A stretch of DNA of 64,000 nucleotides, taken from positions 30,724,912 to 30,788,911 of the forward strand of contig NC_092675.1 in NCBI RefSeq assembly GCF_964355755.1, written 5' to 3'. This DNA is from Antedon mediterranea. Taxonomy: Eukaryota > Animalia > Echinodermata. The notes under the pieces are model-generated. The model was not told where the DNA came from. It saw only the letters and a list, made by a program, of their open reading frames with translations, and ran no database searches. Positions 40,601 through 52,011 of this stretch are shown here, piece by piece. Every line of letters begins with the position of its first letter. Position 1 is the first letter of the stretch. Made by a program: the position numbers and the translations under genes.

Positions 40601-41996
40601 CTGAACATAAAATTGTCCAAAAACATTGTTCAACATTGTTCAAGTTCGTTTTTTTCCTAAATATTTATCTTAATACATTGCAGGATGTGTACATTATTGA
40701 TACTGGTAGTGAACTGTTTGTCTGGGTTGGTTCGGGTGCAAGTCCTGACGAGAAAAAGAACGGCATGACATATGCCCATGTAAGTCGATCGACAACAGTA
40801 TTAATCAAATTCTAATGAAATGTCACCGAATCTCTTTTGTTTTTTTATTTTAATGCAAAGTGGCCGCTTGAGTGGCTCAGCGGTTACGACAGTGGAACCG
40901 TAAGGTAAGAGGTTCGAGGCTCACTCGCTCCATGGTTCAGTTTTGATTTGATTTGAATTTATTTGGAAAATCATCATAAAAAATACATACAAAGTGATAA
41001 CATAAATTACGGACATTACAAATAATACATTTATAAAAGACTTTCCAGGATAGCCCAAAAAGCTTATCAGCTTATTTCCATTAGGATCCTTTTACAATCT
41101 AAAATAAAAAATATAAACATTACAAAGTATTGCATTAAACACGTAAATATTACAAAAACAATAATATAAAAAACAAGTTAAATTAAAGATTATGATTGAC
41201 TTATAAAATTATTTATTATTATTTAAATGTGATTTAACATTTTTCTTAAAATTAAATTTGTTTTCTATTTGTGGTGGTAGTGTAGAATGATTCTTCTCAG
41301 ATAAAGGACTATAAACAGTTGGTCCAGTGTACACATATCTAGCTCATGGGCACTTTAAAGAACCAATAGGGCCTACATCTTTTGAGACGAGTAGGGGGTT
41401 AGCCCAGTGTAGGCCTACTAGTGCATCACAACCACTGGTCATAACTAGGCCCTCTGGGAGACCAGTCTGTGACTGAAGAGGTCGCCCAGTATTAATAAAA
41501 TATTTCAATTCAATTCAGACGTAAATTTTCTGGGATAATTGCCTCTGTGTATTGATATAAACATTTCATAGGAACTTACATACTCCCATCCAACTTATGG
41601 ATGGATTGGTTGATATTATTTTTTTAATTACCATTACCTACTCTAGTAATTAACCATACAGTCAGTGGACGTAACGGCTATGAGTGACCACTGGCTAATC
41701 CAGGGCCCCCGCAGCTCACGGGGTCCAGTAGGATGATCAGTCCATTGCAACTACACGACGTGTTGGAGGGCCCATTGAGAGTGCTAAACCAGGGCCTTTG
41801 CCCTGTGCGTTACGCCACTGAATACAGTAAATATTTGTTTTTATAAGTTACTGTATAATAATCATTCTCTGGTTCAACCATTTTATTTTATTTTTTATAG
41901 AATTACTTGATGAAGACTGACCATCCTTTGATCCCAGTTACTGTTGTGAAAGAAGGCCAGGAAAGTGCCGCATTTAATAAAGCGTTCTCATCATAA
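34646..41996 (+). CDS. Three-domain gelsolin-like actin-severing protein (severin/fragmin/invertebrate gelsolin-like type), 366 aa
   Basis: Exons 34646-34888, 37351-37416, 37786-37913, 38337-38448, 39274-39384, 39874-40043, 40350-40428, 40684-40779, 41901-41996 (1101 nt, all GT-AG, in frame). Motifs: [93 protein letters not shown]. Confidence 0.95.
34937..37255. mobile_element. 2.3-kb foldback (fully palindromic) non-autonomous DNA transposon in gelsolin intron 1
   Basis: Termini TAGTCCAGATCCCTATGTA / TACATAGGGATCTGGACTA flanked by TTA on both sides. The arms are reverse-complementary all the way to a short loop at ~36100-36106. Confidence 0.9.
37990..38150. repeat. Minisatellite, 19 bp x ~8
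   Basis: Unit gttacgttgcgcctcgttt. Confidence 0.9.
40860..41516 (+). mobile_element. tRNA-headed SINE with a Nin/Deu-type central domain, interrupted by an antisense LINE 3' fragment (~40940-41270)
   Basis: A box TGGCTCAGCGG and B box GGTTCGAGGC. After the insertion: gataaaggactataaacagttggtcc...cactttaaagaacc...gagtagggggttagccc, then a (TTCAA)n tail. Confidence 0.6.
41663..41820. mobile_element. hAT-type MITE
   Basis: TIR cagtggacgtaacg / cgttacgccactg; 8-bp TSD catacagt / aatacagt. Confidence 0.75.
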
Positions 41997-42946
41997 ATAG
42001 GAAATAAAAACACCATTAAGTTGCAATGACATAAATAGTGTTTACACCTATACTAATTTGTTTACAGTAATAATTAATACATTTAAATATCAAGTAATAA
42101 TCGTACATTTAATTGATAACTTCAGAAAATCTTATTTGTATTCAATGTCATCGCATAAGTTTATTGTCTGAATTGAACTCATTTATATATTTTAAGGTGT
42201 GATGATCGCTAATAATAATATTATCATGTCATTCAACATGCCATATAAGCCTTTTAAAAACAACCAAAATCACTGCTATATAACATGATTATTCCGTCGG
42301 TGGATGCTTTGTAAAATAATTGGTAGCAGGTGTCATGCCAAATTAGGTTCCACTGCCAAATTAGGTACTGAACTTAATTTGGCGTTACACAGGACTGGGA
42401 TGGTTCGTATCCTGGAAAGGAGTGCGTCGACTTAAAAGCGTGTTGATAATGCTGATGCTCGTGTAGATTCACGCTGTAATTTATTTCACATTTCTTATAT
42501 TTTGTCAGTCATAAAGAAGGGCCTGGGTATCGCACTAGAAGTAGTCGGCAGAAAATGAATGCGATCTCAATACGAATTTCTACAATAAAATGAAAATGCC
42601 ATCAAACGTCTCAGTTTTACTTTATATTCCATGTCGCCTTTTGGTGGGCAAACAATCAGTGGACTGCGCACAGTAGCCTTTTACCTATTTTTAATCGTAC
42701 TTTTTTTGTCCAATGTCAAATGCCCGTAAACGACGACGTTATGACTAAAAAAACGCAATATGTGCAATATTTTTGGTAAAAGTTTTGAGACAAGTGAGGG
42801 AGCTCTTCCAAAATGTTTAATCCACGTGGGCGAACCATTCATGCATGTCCACCATGTGATCAACAACACAAAAAGCGTTTGAGAAGTCTTGGTTGGTTGG
42901 TCTTTGGTTGGATATAGGCCCAGTATTGTATGAATAGAAAATAAAA

Positions 42947-45900
42947 ATGACTGCATTAAAAGTATGTACTTTTACATTAGTTACACCAAGAGGGAATGAA
43001 AATGAACCTAACCTAATCTTAAAATAGTTGTAATATTCATGTGTAGGCCTAGCCTAGGCGTAGGTAGGCCTATCCTAAATAAACTAACTTAACTAGGGCC
43101 AGGCCTAGCTAGGCCTAGACTATATTATAGCCTAGGCACAGCAGTAGAGTAGTAGTAGGACCGTGGACGTAGGGGTCACGACCCCGTAGTAGGGTACTAG
43201 TACTACTGTCTAGCCTAGTTGTAGGCCTAAGAAGCTAACGGACCATCATCAGGCCTAGTAGTACGATATGCAGGCCAACAGAGTCTGCTGAGAGGTCTGT
43301 GTGTGAGGTGCTAATACTATAGTAATATTTTGAAGAAAAAAAAGACTACCATTTTTATTAATTATTATTCACTGCTCAGTCGGGGCGGCGAGGTCAAGGA
43401 GAGGATCGTTGTTTGTATTAGGTATTATAAATGTTTTTGCAGTCCAAACTAATTTTTTTTTGGATGGATGGGATAGAAGGTGGCCTATAGTTATACAGTA
43501 CTACTGAAATAGGCTTAATTTTACTTTTGATGCAGTCTATGTTGCAGCTCGTAAAAGCCAAAAATGCAGGAAAAATTGTATTCTGTGGTGTTTTGTGTTA
43601 AAATTGCACAACAGGTTTTCTTGCATATTTTGCCAAATTGTGCAAGAAATCTTTCTGTATTGCACAAAAAAATGCATTTATATAAATAATTATTTAAAAA
43701 AAATGAATTTTGCATTTTGAAATGACTATTAATATTAATACAATACAAAAAAAATATTAATACAACACCTTTGGCTATTTGGAATGTGTTTTTAATGGTA
43801 AAATGGGACTTTTCAATCTCAAGAAAAGCTAGGGTTAAGATCCGCGACATTCATTCACCCAACAGATGTCATTAAGAAAAGCTAGGGTTAAGATCAGAGA
43901 CATTCATTCACCCAACAGATGTCATTAAAAGCTAGGGTTAAGATCAGAGACATTCATTCGCCCAACAGATGTCATTAAAAGCTAGGGTTAAGATCAGAGA
44001 CATTCATTCACCCAACAGATGTCATTAAAAGCTAGGGTTAAGATCAGAGACATTCATTCACCCAACAGATGTCATTAAAAGCTAGGGTTAAGATCAGAGA
44101 CATTCATTCACCCAACAGATGTCATTAAAAGCTAGGGTTAAGATCAGAGACATTCATTCACCCAACAGATGTCATTAAAAGCTAGGGTTAAGATCAGAGA
44201 CATTCATTCACCCAACAGATGTCATTAAAAGCTAGGGTTAAGATCAGAGACATTCATGCACCCAACAGATGTCATTAAAAGCTAGGGTTAAGATCACAGA
44301 CATTCATTCACCCAACAGATGTCATTAAAATATTGGAATGAATGAACATCTATGTGTATTATGTTATTTTGATATTGAGATTGAAAAATGGCGAAAAGGT
44401 ATTTAAATTGCAGATTAAATGGGAGACTAAGGGTGTGTTCAGACTCACGGAGTTACGGTGGAGTTATGTACGCGGCGTACATATTTTTGTGTCTGAACCA
44501 TGCCGCGGATTAGCGTTAGGGAGCTGTTACTCCGCGCCAGTGGCGTTAATAACTCCAGCGGGAGAGGGTAGATTTCATAAGGCTAATCCATTGATGCATC
44601 AGTGATTTCAACCTCTGGTCAACGTCAGCCAATGAAAAGACACGACCGCAATTAGCAGCAGTCTATTCGCGCGGTTTTTTTTTAATAGCAAAACAATATA
44701 GCCTATTCCTCGAGCTAGCCTAGATCAACAGCAACATTCGAATTAAAATGAAACGTGTTACATGGAAAAGTACAGAAGTGGCTGATTTGATTTCATTATG
44801 GGGCAGCCCTGAATTTATAGACAAGATAGAAATTAGAAATTTGAAAGCTAGCGCCTGCAACAAGATGGCTATTTTTAAAGAAATTGTATCTAAACTGCAA
44901 AATTCTTCCTGACGAAGTTGGCGTCGGCGACATGATTTCACAAAATTAATTAAAATCATACAAATAATGGCAAAGTCATTGTCCGTGTAATAATTATGTT
45001 CGAAATTAGGCCTACTATCTTCTGTAAGGATTTGCAAAAAAACCGGCAAAAAAACCATTACATTTGAAGGTAACATTGTATTACGGTATATTGCTAGGCC
45101 TAGCTAGTGTTGTAAACTTTCGCGCGTGTCACTCTCAGCTCTGTTGTTATTGTGTGTATGTATCCCATCGGCCGTTTCGGTATGACGGAACTTCCGCTTT
45201 AAACGCAAGACGTTTGGAATGCTAATCGTTGTGTCTGAACACCTTGACTTTTAACGCCACGGATTACCGTACGCCTTGCGTAGATAACTCCACCGTAACT
45301 CCGTGAGTCTGAACATACCCTTAGATGTATGAAAACTAGAGTAAAGTACTTGAACTCTGTTTATACTGGTACTTCATTCAATTTTTTCAGAATAAAGTAT
45401 GGAATACTGGTAATGAGCTTTATACACAGTTTTGTAAAATACTGTAGTAGTTTTAGTTAATATTATAACTCATAAATCCTGCAGCCATTTTCATGTATGT
45501 TCTATACAACAACAAAAGGTTGACAATTGACTTAATTGTAATTACAGTAACTAGTATCTGTTGTTATTGTTTCTCACTTTTATTATATTACTGTATATCC
45601 TCGGGTATAATCCCAATGCGGGTATAATCCCACTTCGGGTCTAATCCCACCCCACTACTGTATGTCTGATTTCACAAATAGGCATATCCCTGGGTATAGT
45701 CCCAGTATTGGATGTAGGTCTCTCCATAGCAAGTTTTTTTTTTTTTTTAGCCATATTTAATGATGAGTTATTGATTAATTTTCACAAGAAATGCTTACCA
45801 ATGATTTTTCCAGAGTTGACCCAATTTTATTATATTATTATTATACAAGATGGTATACAGTATAACAGTTTTATTTGGTGTAACACCATTCTTGTATTCA

Positions 45901-48900
45901 GATTGGTATTATAGGAGGTACAGGATTGGACAATCCTGAATTGATTCTTGAAAGAAAAGAGCATTATGTTGATACACCATTTGGCAAGGTAAACATTTAC
46001 TTTTGTCTTTTTTTTAATAATTAAATTCCTCTATTTGTATAACCATATAAAGCTCTGTCTACACTATCATTATCAAACTTTATGTGACAAAAAAATGTCA
46101 CAATGATATTACTACCATATCAGAGTGGTGGCTTGGTGGTTATGATGATTGGCTACCAATTCAAGGGTTCTTAGTCCTGTCATGTCAGGATTTTTTCTAC
46201 CTCCAATCACAAAGACTTGTAATAAGACTTTGTTTATGTGTATATGTTTGTCTTGTCTTAAGAAGGATAGTGAATTAATTCGCTTCGGTTATCCTTGTTA
46301 ATTTGCCTAAATACTGTGGCACATTACACTTTTTTGTCAAACTAGGTTGATAGTGTAGACAGAGCTTTAGACTTTCATCACTCAGATTCTTGGCTCCGTA
46401 CAAATACTGTTATACAGTAACTAATGATTGATTGTTTCCATAGCCATCAGATGCACTCATTCATGGCAAGATTAAAGATGTCAATTGTGTGCTACTTCCA
46501 AGGTAACATTCTTATTATAATATCTCATATTTGTTTTGTTCAAAATTGTACACAACGTAAGCTTTTAGCTTCAACGTTAAGCATTTATTGTCTCCCTGAA
46601 AACAATATTTTTATTCTATGGTTGATATGCCATTTTATGTAACATAGAATTCACTTTGACCTTTAACTGAAAAAAAATGTAATTTAAACCAAAAAATAGT
46701 ACATTTGTTGTTTAGTTAAATCTAACTCTTTTGTCTTTTATTAGTGAAATTATTGTGACTGAATAATATAAGTAATTTTAATGTTTGTGTAGGACACAAA
46801 CACTAACCTTCCAAAATGCAGTACTAGTGCCTTGTTCGTCCGTCTACTTTCATTGCCTTCCAAAATGCAGTACTAGTGCCTTGTTCGTCCGTCTACTTTC
46901 ATTGCCTTCCAAAATGCAGTACTAGTGCCTTGTTCGTCCGTCTACTTTCATTGCCTTCCAAAATGCAGTACTAGTGCCTTGTTCGTCCGTCTACTTTCAT
47001 TGCCTTCCAAAATGCAGTACTAGTGCCTTGTTCGTCCGTCTACTTTCATTGCCTTCCAAAATGCAGTACTAGTGCCTTGTTCGTCCGTCTACTTTCATTG
47101 CCTTCCAAAATGCAGTACTAGTGCCTTGTTCGTCCGTCTACTTTCATTGCCTTCCAAAATGCAGTACTAGTGCCTTGTTCGTCCGTCTACTTTCATTGCC
47201 TTCCAAAATGCAGTACTAGTGCCTTGTTCGTCCGTCTACTTTCATTGCCTTCCAAAATGCAGTACTAGTGCCTTGTTCGTCCGTCTACTTTCATTGCCTT
47301 CCAAAATGCAGTACTAGTGCCTTGTTTGTCCGTCTACTTTCATTGCCTTCCAAAATGCAATACTAGTGCCTTGTTCGTCCGTCTACTTTCATTGCCTTCA
47401 CTGACGCCTTAAGTTTGTGTGGCAATGTGATCAAATTCATTATTTTAATTGCTTTATTGTTTATGGAAACTTCAAAGTAAATCAGTTATTTACCAATCAA
47501 AATTCCTAATTCAAATCTCTATTTTTTTAATTATATTATCCTAGGCATGGCAGAGATCATACCATTATGCCATCAAATGTAAATTATAGAGCCAACATAC
47601 ATGCACTGGTAGCTGCTGGATGCACTCACATCCTAGCGTCCACTGCTTGTGGGTCACTCCAGCAAAATATTGTACCTGGTCAGTTTCTCATCTTGGACCA
47701 GTTCATTGATCGAACCACTAAAAGAATTCAGACATTTTATGATGGCGAAGCAAGCAGTCCTGAAGGCGTTTGCCACACACCAATGCATTCCCCTTTCTGT
47801 GAAGATACACGCCAGGTAACGATCATTAGTTTTACATTTTTCTTCCTGTGTTCAATCACAGAGTAATTTAGAAATGTACAGAAACAGAATACAAACAGAA
47901 TAATAAGCATAAATTATATTTCCACTTGTAATGTTGTTTCTAATTTCAATTTTAATGTCCCAATTCGTAGATTTCATTTAAAATCAATGTTACATGTACA
48001 ACTTTCCGTGTTAATGTCTGTAACAATGGTAATTTTGTAGCTGTTGATAACATTAACAGCTGTTTTTGTCAAAATCCTGAATTATATATCTTTTGTACCT
48101 TTTCTAAGTTTAAGTATATTTTCCATGAATTAGTTGACAATGCTGCCAATCTATAGCTTAGATCAAATATTATGCTTTCTTTTTGTTATTTTTGTGTGAT
48201 GTGTTTTTTTCATATTTATATTTTCATCCTGTAATTGTTGTATACATTGTTGGATGTGAACAGAAATACAAATTTTACGCACTATTACATACAATATAGA
48301 TAAGTGTAAATTGTATTTATTTGGCATTATCTTATTCACTAGATTCTGATTAAGGCGGCAGAGAAAGCTGGAATCGAGTGTCATAAACGAGGGACTGCTC
48401 TTACCATTGAAGGACCAAGATTTTCATCAAGGGCCGAGAGCATCCTCTTTCATAAATGGGGCGCTGATGTGATTAACATGACGACAGTGCCAGAAGTTGT
48501 CCTTGCAAAAGAGAAAGGCATTTGTTATGCCAGTTTTGCCATGGCAACTGATTATGATTCCTGGAGAGATGATGACAAAGCGGAACATGTATGTATTATT
48601 ATATTATGCTTCTGTAAAAAAAAAATGGCGATGAATAAATAAAAAAAATGTATTAGTTAAAGTACCCTGTTGTTTGAAAAAAAAAAAACTAGACATTTTG
48701 TGCCAGCTGTAAAGAGAGAGAGATTTACTGTTGCTTAGTTATTACTGTTAAACTTTAACTATCATTTTGTAAACAAGAAGTAATCTGGTGTCTCTATCAT
48801 ACAAACCTTCTGGTTTAGGTAGGTACCCACATCACTGAGAACACCTGTGAGTTATGTACTGGCTGGTCTATGAACCTTAAATTGCTGGTAAACGGAAGCA

Positions 48901-49788
48901 GTGATGTGGGTTCGATTGGTCTTGTTTTTATTTCGGTTTTTGTCAAAATTATCAGTAGTATTTAGGTTTCAAGGTTTATATTTTTATATGGTTTTTTTCA
49001 TGGTTTTTCACAAGCACCTTGAGCATTTTTGTGGATATGTGCGCTATATAAATCTTATTATTATTATTATTATTATTTCAAGAGACCCTATTTCATCATT
49101 TTCTTAAATCATTGTACATACTATTATTTTATTGTGATTTGATGAATAAATGTATTTGTATTGTAGTAACCCAGACTGTCTATACTTGATGTAATTTTGA
49201 TTTATTGCAGGTGAACGTTGAGGTTGTAATGTCAATTATTAAGGAGAATGGTGAAAAGGCCAAGAAGCTGTTGTTAGAAGCAATACCAATGATTGCCAAG
49301 CAAGATTGGACTCAAGTTATAGCAGAAACAAAAGTAAGAAAAAAGAAAGTGCTTGATTGGTGATAATAATGAATCACATTGTTAATCTCTTTTAATATTG
49401 TTGCCATAAAAAATAAGTATATCAATTTTGTTACCATCAATTTTTATATAAAATATACTGATGAAGGGCTAGTGTTGCCCGAAAGCTCTTATACTTTTTT
49501 CTGGCTCTTTTACTTTACCGTTACTTATTTTATTTGTGTCTCCATTGAGATCTAGCCACTGATACCCACAAAATTGTCATTTTTCAGTGCTTATTTTATT
49601 TGTATCTTCATTGAGATCTAGCCACTGATACCCACAAAATTGTCATTTTTTCAGTGCTTATTTTATTTGTATCTTCATTGAGATCTAGCCACTGATATCC
49701 ACAGCATTGTCATTTTATAAATAAATATATTGTGTTTGATTTTTAGGCTGTAGCAGCTGGATCTGTTATGGGCATTCCTAAGAAGTAA
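42947..49788 (+). CDS. MTAP: S-methyl-5'-thioadenosine phosphorylase, 280 aa
   Basis: Exons 42947-42961 (MTALK), 45902-45988 ([15 protein letters not shown]), 46444-46502, 47545-47815 ([31 protein letters not shown]), 48343-48588 ([29 protein letters not shown]), 49211-49333, 49747-49788; 843 nt in frame. Confidence 0.95.
43825..44330. repeat. Minisatellite, 50 bp x ~10
   Basis: Unit aaaagctagggttaagatcagagacattcattcacccaacagatgtcatt. Confidence 0.95.
44430..45321 (+). mobile_element. PIF/Harbinger-like internally deleted transposon with a Myb/SANT-like ORF remnant
   Basis: ~43-bp TIRs agggtgtgttcagactcacggagttacggtggagttat / ataactccaccgtaactccgtgagtctgaacataccct. 44748-44912 encodes [28 protein letters not shown]...[14 protein letters not shown]. 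Confidence 0.8.
46807..47399. repeat. Minisatellite, 49 bp x 12
   Basis: Unit ccttccaaaatgcagtactagtgccttgttcgtccgtctactttcattg. Confidence 0.95.
49450..49720 (+). mobile_element. Penelope-like element terminal-repeat remnant with a hammerhead-like motif
   Basis: CTGATGA-aGGGC-tagtgtt-GCCC-GAAA-GCTC at 49458-49488, followed by ~3 copies of cattgagatctagccactgatacccaca. Confidence 0.55.
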
Positions 49789-51189
49789 CAATGCTCTCAC
49801 CTTGGAAACCAACTAATCTTCTATTAACAAAAGTACAGATATTTATAACAAAAAAAAAGGGGCTTCAGGTTGATTGAAATAAACAATATATACTTGGTTT
49901 ATGGGTTGTACAGTACTACATTTATGTTGCATTTTAAAATTACTTTAATATTTTAGTGTTTGACATGCATTTCATTTTTTTAACAAAGAATTATGAAGAT
50001 TAGGTGGTTTTTGTTTTTAATGTAATGGTTAGCTACAATGTATGAACTGATAACTTTCAAATAATATCAGGATTTTCAAATGTATGCCACAATGCTATAA
50101 GAACGATTTTTTCTTTACCAACTTCAGATCTTACTTTCAATTCAGATTTAATGAGTGGCATTTTAAGGATAGCCACTGTTTCTTAAGGCTACTAAATAAA
50201 ACCTCAATAAACACAGTACTGTATTCTTGATTAAATTATGTTTGATTAATACAGTACTTAAAATATGTTAATAGATCAAGATATACCAGAGCAATTTATT
50301 TATTTATTCGGTATAATAAAAATACATCCAATTACAACAGGACTGAAATGAATTGCATTACAAATATATAAAAATTTGATAAAATAGCTATAAAAAATAA
50401 AACCATCCTATTAAAATTTAATATTGTACAATGCATTAAGAAAACAGACATGAATAGAAAATATCAAAACATGCACTTATTAAAAATCTTAAAATACAGG
50501 GGTACCAAAGGGTGTAATTATTGAATTAAATTATTACATCATTTTAATTGATACTGTTTAGTCTATTCATTTGTCTCAAGTTTTAAAATGTACACAAGGA
50601 CTACTACTACTAATACTATCATATAATAGTTGTACATTACATTTTATAAATAATTCAAACAGATTGATTTATTTTATATAATGTTAGTTCCTTGTAATTC
50701 TTATTCCTGATCTACAGTTTCACTGAACCTCTCATACACCATCCCCTATTTCACTTCGTGCAAGCCCATATCTAGAGAAGCTGAATATGCTTAAACTAGC
50801 CTAGTTTATGACGATTTTTTCCCTTTTTTGTAGAGAAAAGACCCCTCTGTACATATCAAGGATATTACAGGGTTTGACGTTTTTTGTTTTAAGCATTCTT
50901 TTTCACCTTTTCCATCCCTCTGTATCTCACCTGAGCACAGGATCCAAAACCTTGTCACCTTGGTGTCTTATTTTAAGCATATTTCCACCAGGGGAAGCTA
51001 TTCCCATTCCTGAGCTCAGAATTTTATTACATCATAAAACTAGATGAAAATACAAGTGGATAAAGCAATGCCTTGGTTTATACAAATCAAATACAAATGG
51101 ATAAAGCAATGCCTTTGATTTATGCAAATGAAGGGCAGTAGTGGAAACAGAATGGAAGTCTAGCTCCATGGAATTAAATCATCACACCT

Positions 51190-51734
51190 GGTCAGAATAA
51201 AGGACTAGAGGTCAGAATAAAGGACTAGAGGTCAGAATAAAGGACTAGAGGTCAGAATAAAGGACTAGAGGTCAGAATAAAGGACTAGAGGTCAGAATAA
51301 AGGACTAGAGGTCAGAATAAAGGACTAGAGGTCAGAATAAAGGACTAGAGGTCAGAATAAAGGACTAGAGGTCAGAATAAAGGACTAGAGGTCAGAATAA
51401 AGGACTAGAGGTCAGAATAAAGGACTAGAGGTCAGAATAAAGGACTAGAGGTCAGAATAAAGGACTAGAGGTCAGAATAAAGGACTAGAGGTCAGAATAA
51501 AGGACTAGAGGTCAGAATAAAGGACTAGAGGTCAGAATAAAGAACTAGAGGTCAGAATAAAGGACTAGAGGTCAGAATAAAGGACTAGAGGTCAGAATAA
51601 AGGACTAGAGGTCAGAATAAAGGACTAGAGGTCAGAATAAAGGACTAGAGGTCAGAATAAAGGACTAGAGGTCAGAATAAAGGACTAGAGGTCAGAATAA
51701 AGGACTAGAGGTCAGAATAAAGGACTAGAGGTCA
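51190..51734. repeat. Minisatellite, 20 bp x ~27
   Basis: Unit gtcagaataaaggactagag, nearly perfect. Confidence 0.97.
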
Positions 51735-52011
51735 CAATCATTTTGAGATATCTTTCTGCTGTTACTTGTGTGACATTATTCTACAGATTTTATTTTATAT
51801 ATAACAATTTACATAAAATATTAATTATTCATATTGTTAAATGTCAGTATTATAAATAAAACCCTGCTTTTGCTGTTTAGCCAGCATATTGTAAACCCTT
51901 ATTGTAAACCATATTTTGCTTTTTTTAAAAGCATTTTGTTTTCGAAAATTGATTTACAATGAAAAAATATTGGATTTTATCAAAACTGGTTTTTATTAGC
52001 CCGTGCCAATC

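Noticed and set aside
44720-45076. 118-aa minus-strand ORF
   Set aside because: It lies inside the Harbinger-like element, antisense to the recognisable Myb-like remnant.
51190-51734. Regular 20-bp and ~50-bp arrays as possible CRISPR arrays
   Set aside because: They are head-to-tail repeats with no unique spacers, there are no cas genes, and the context is eukaryotic.
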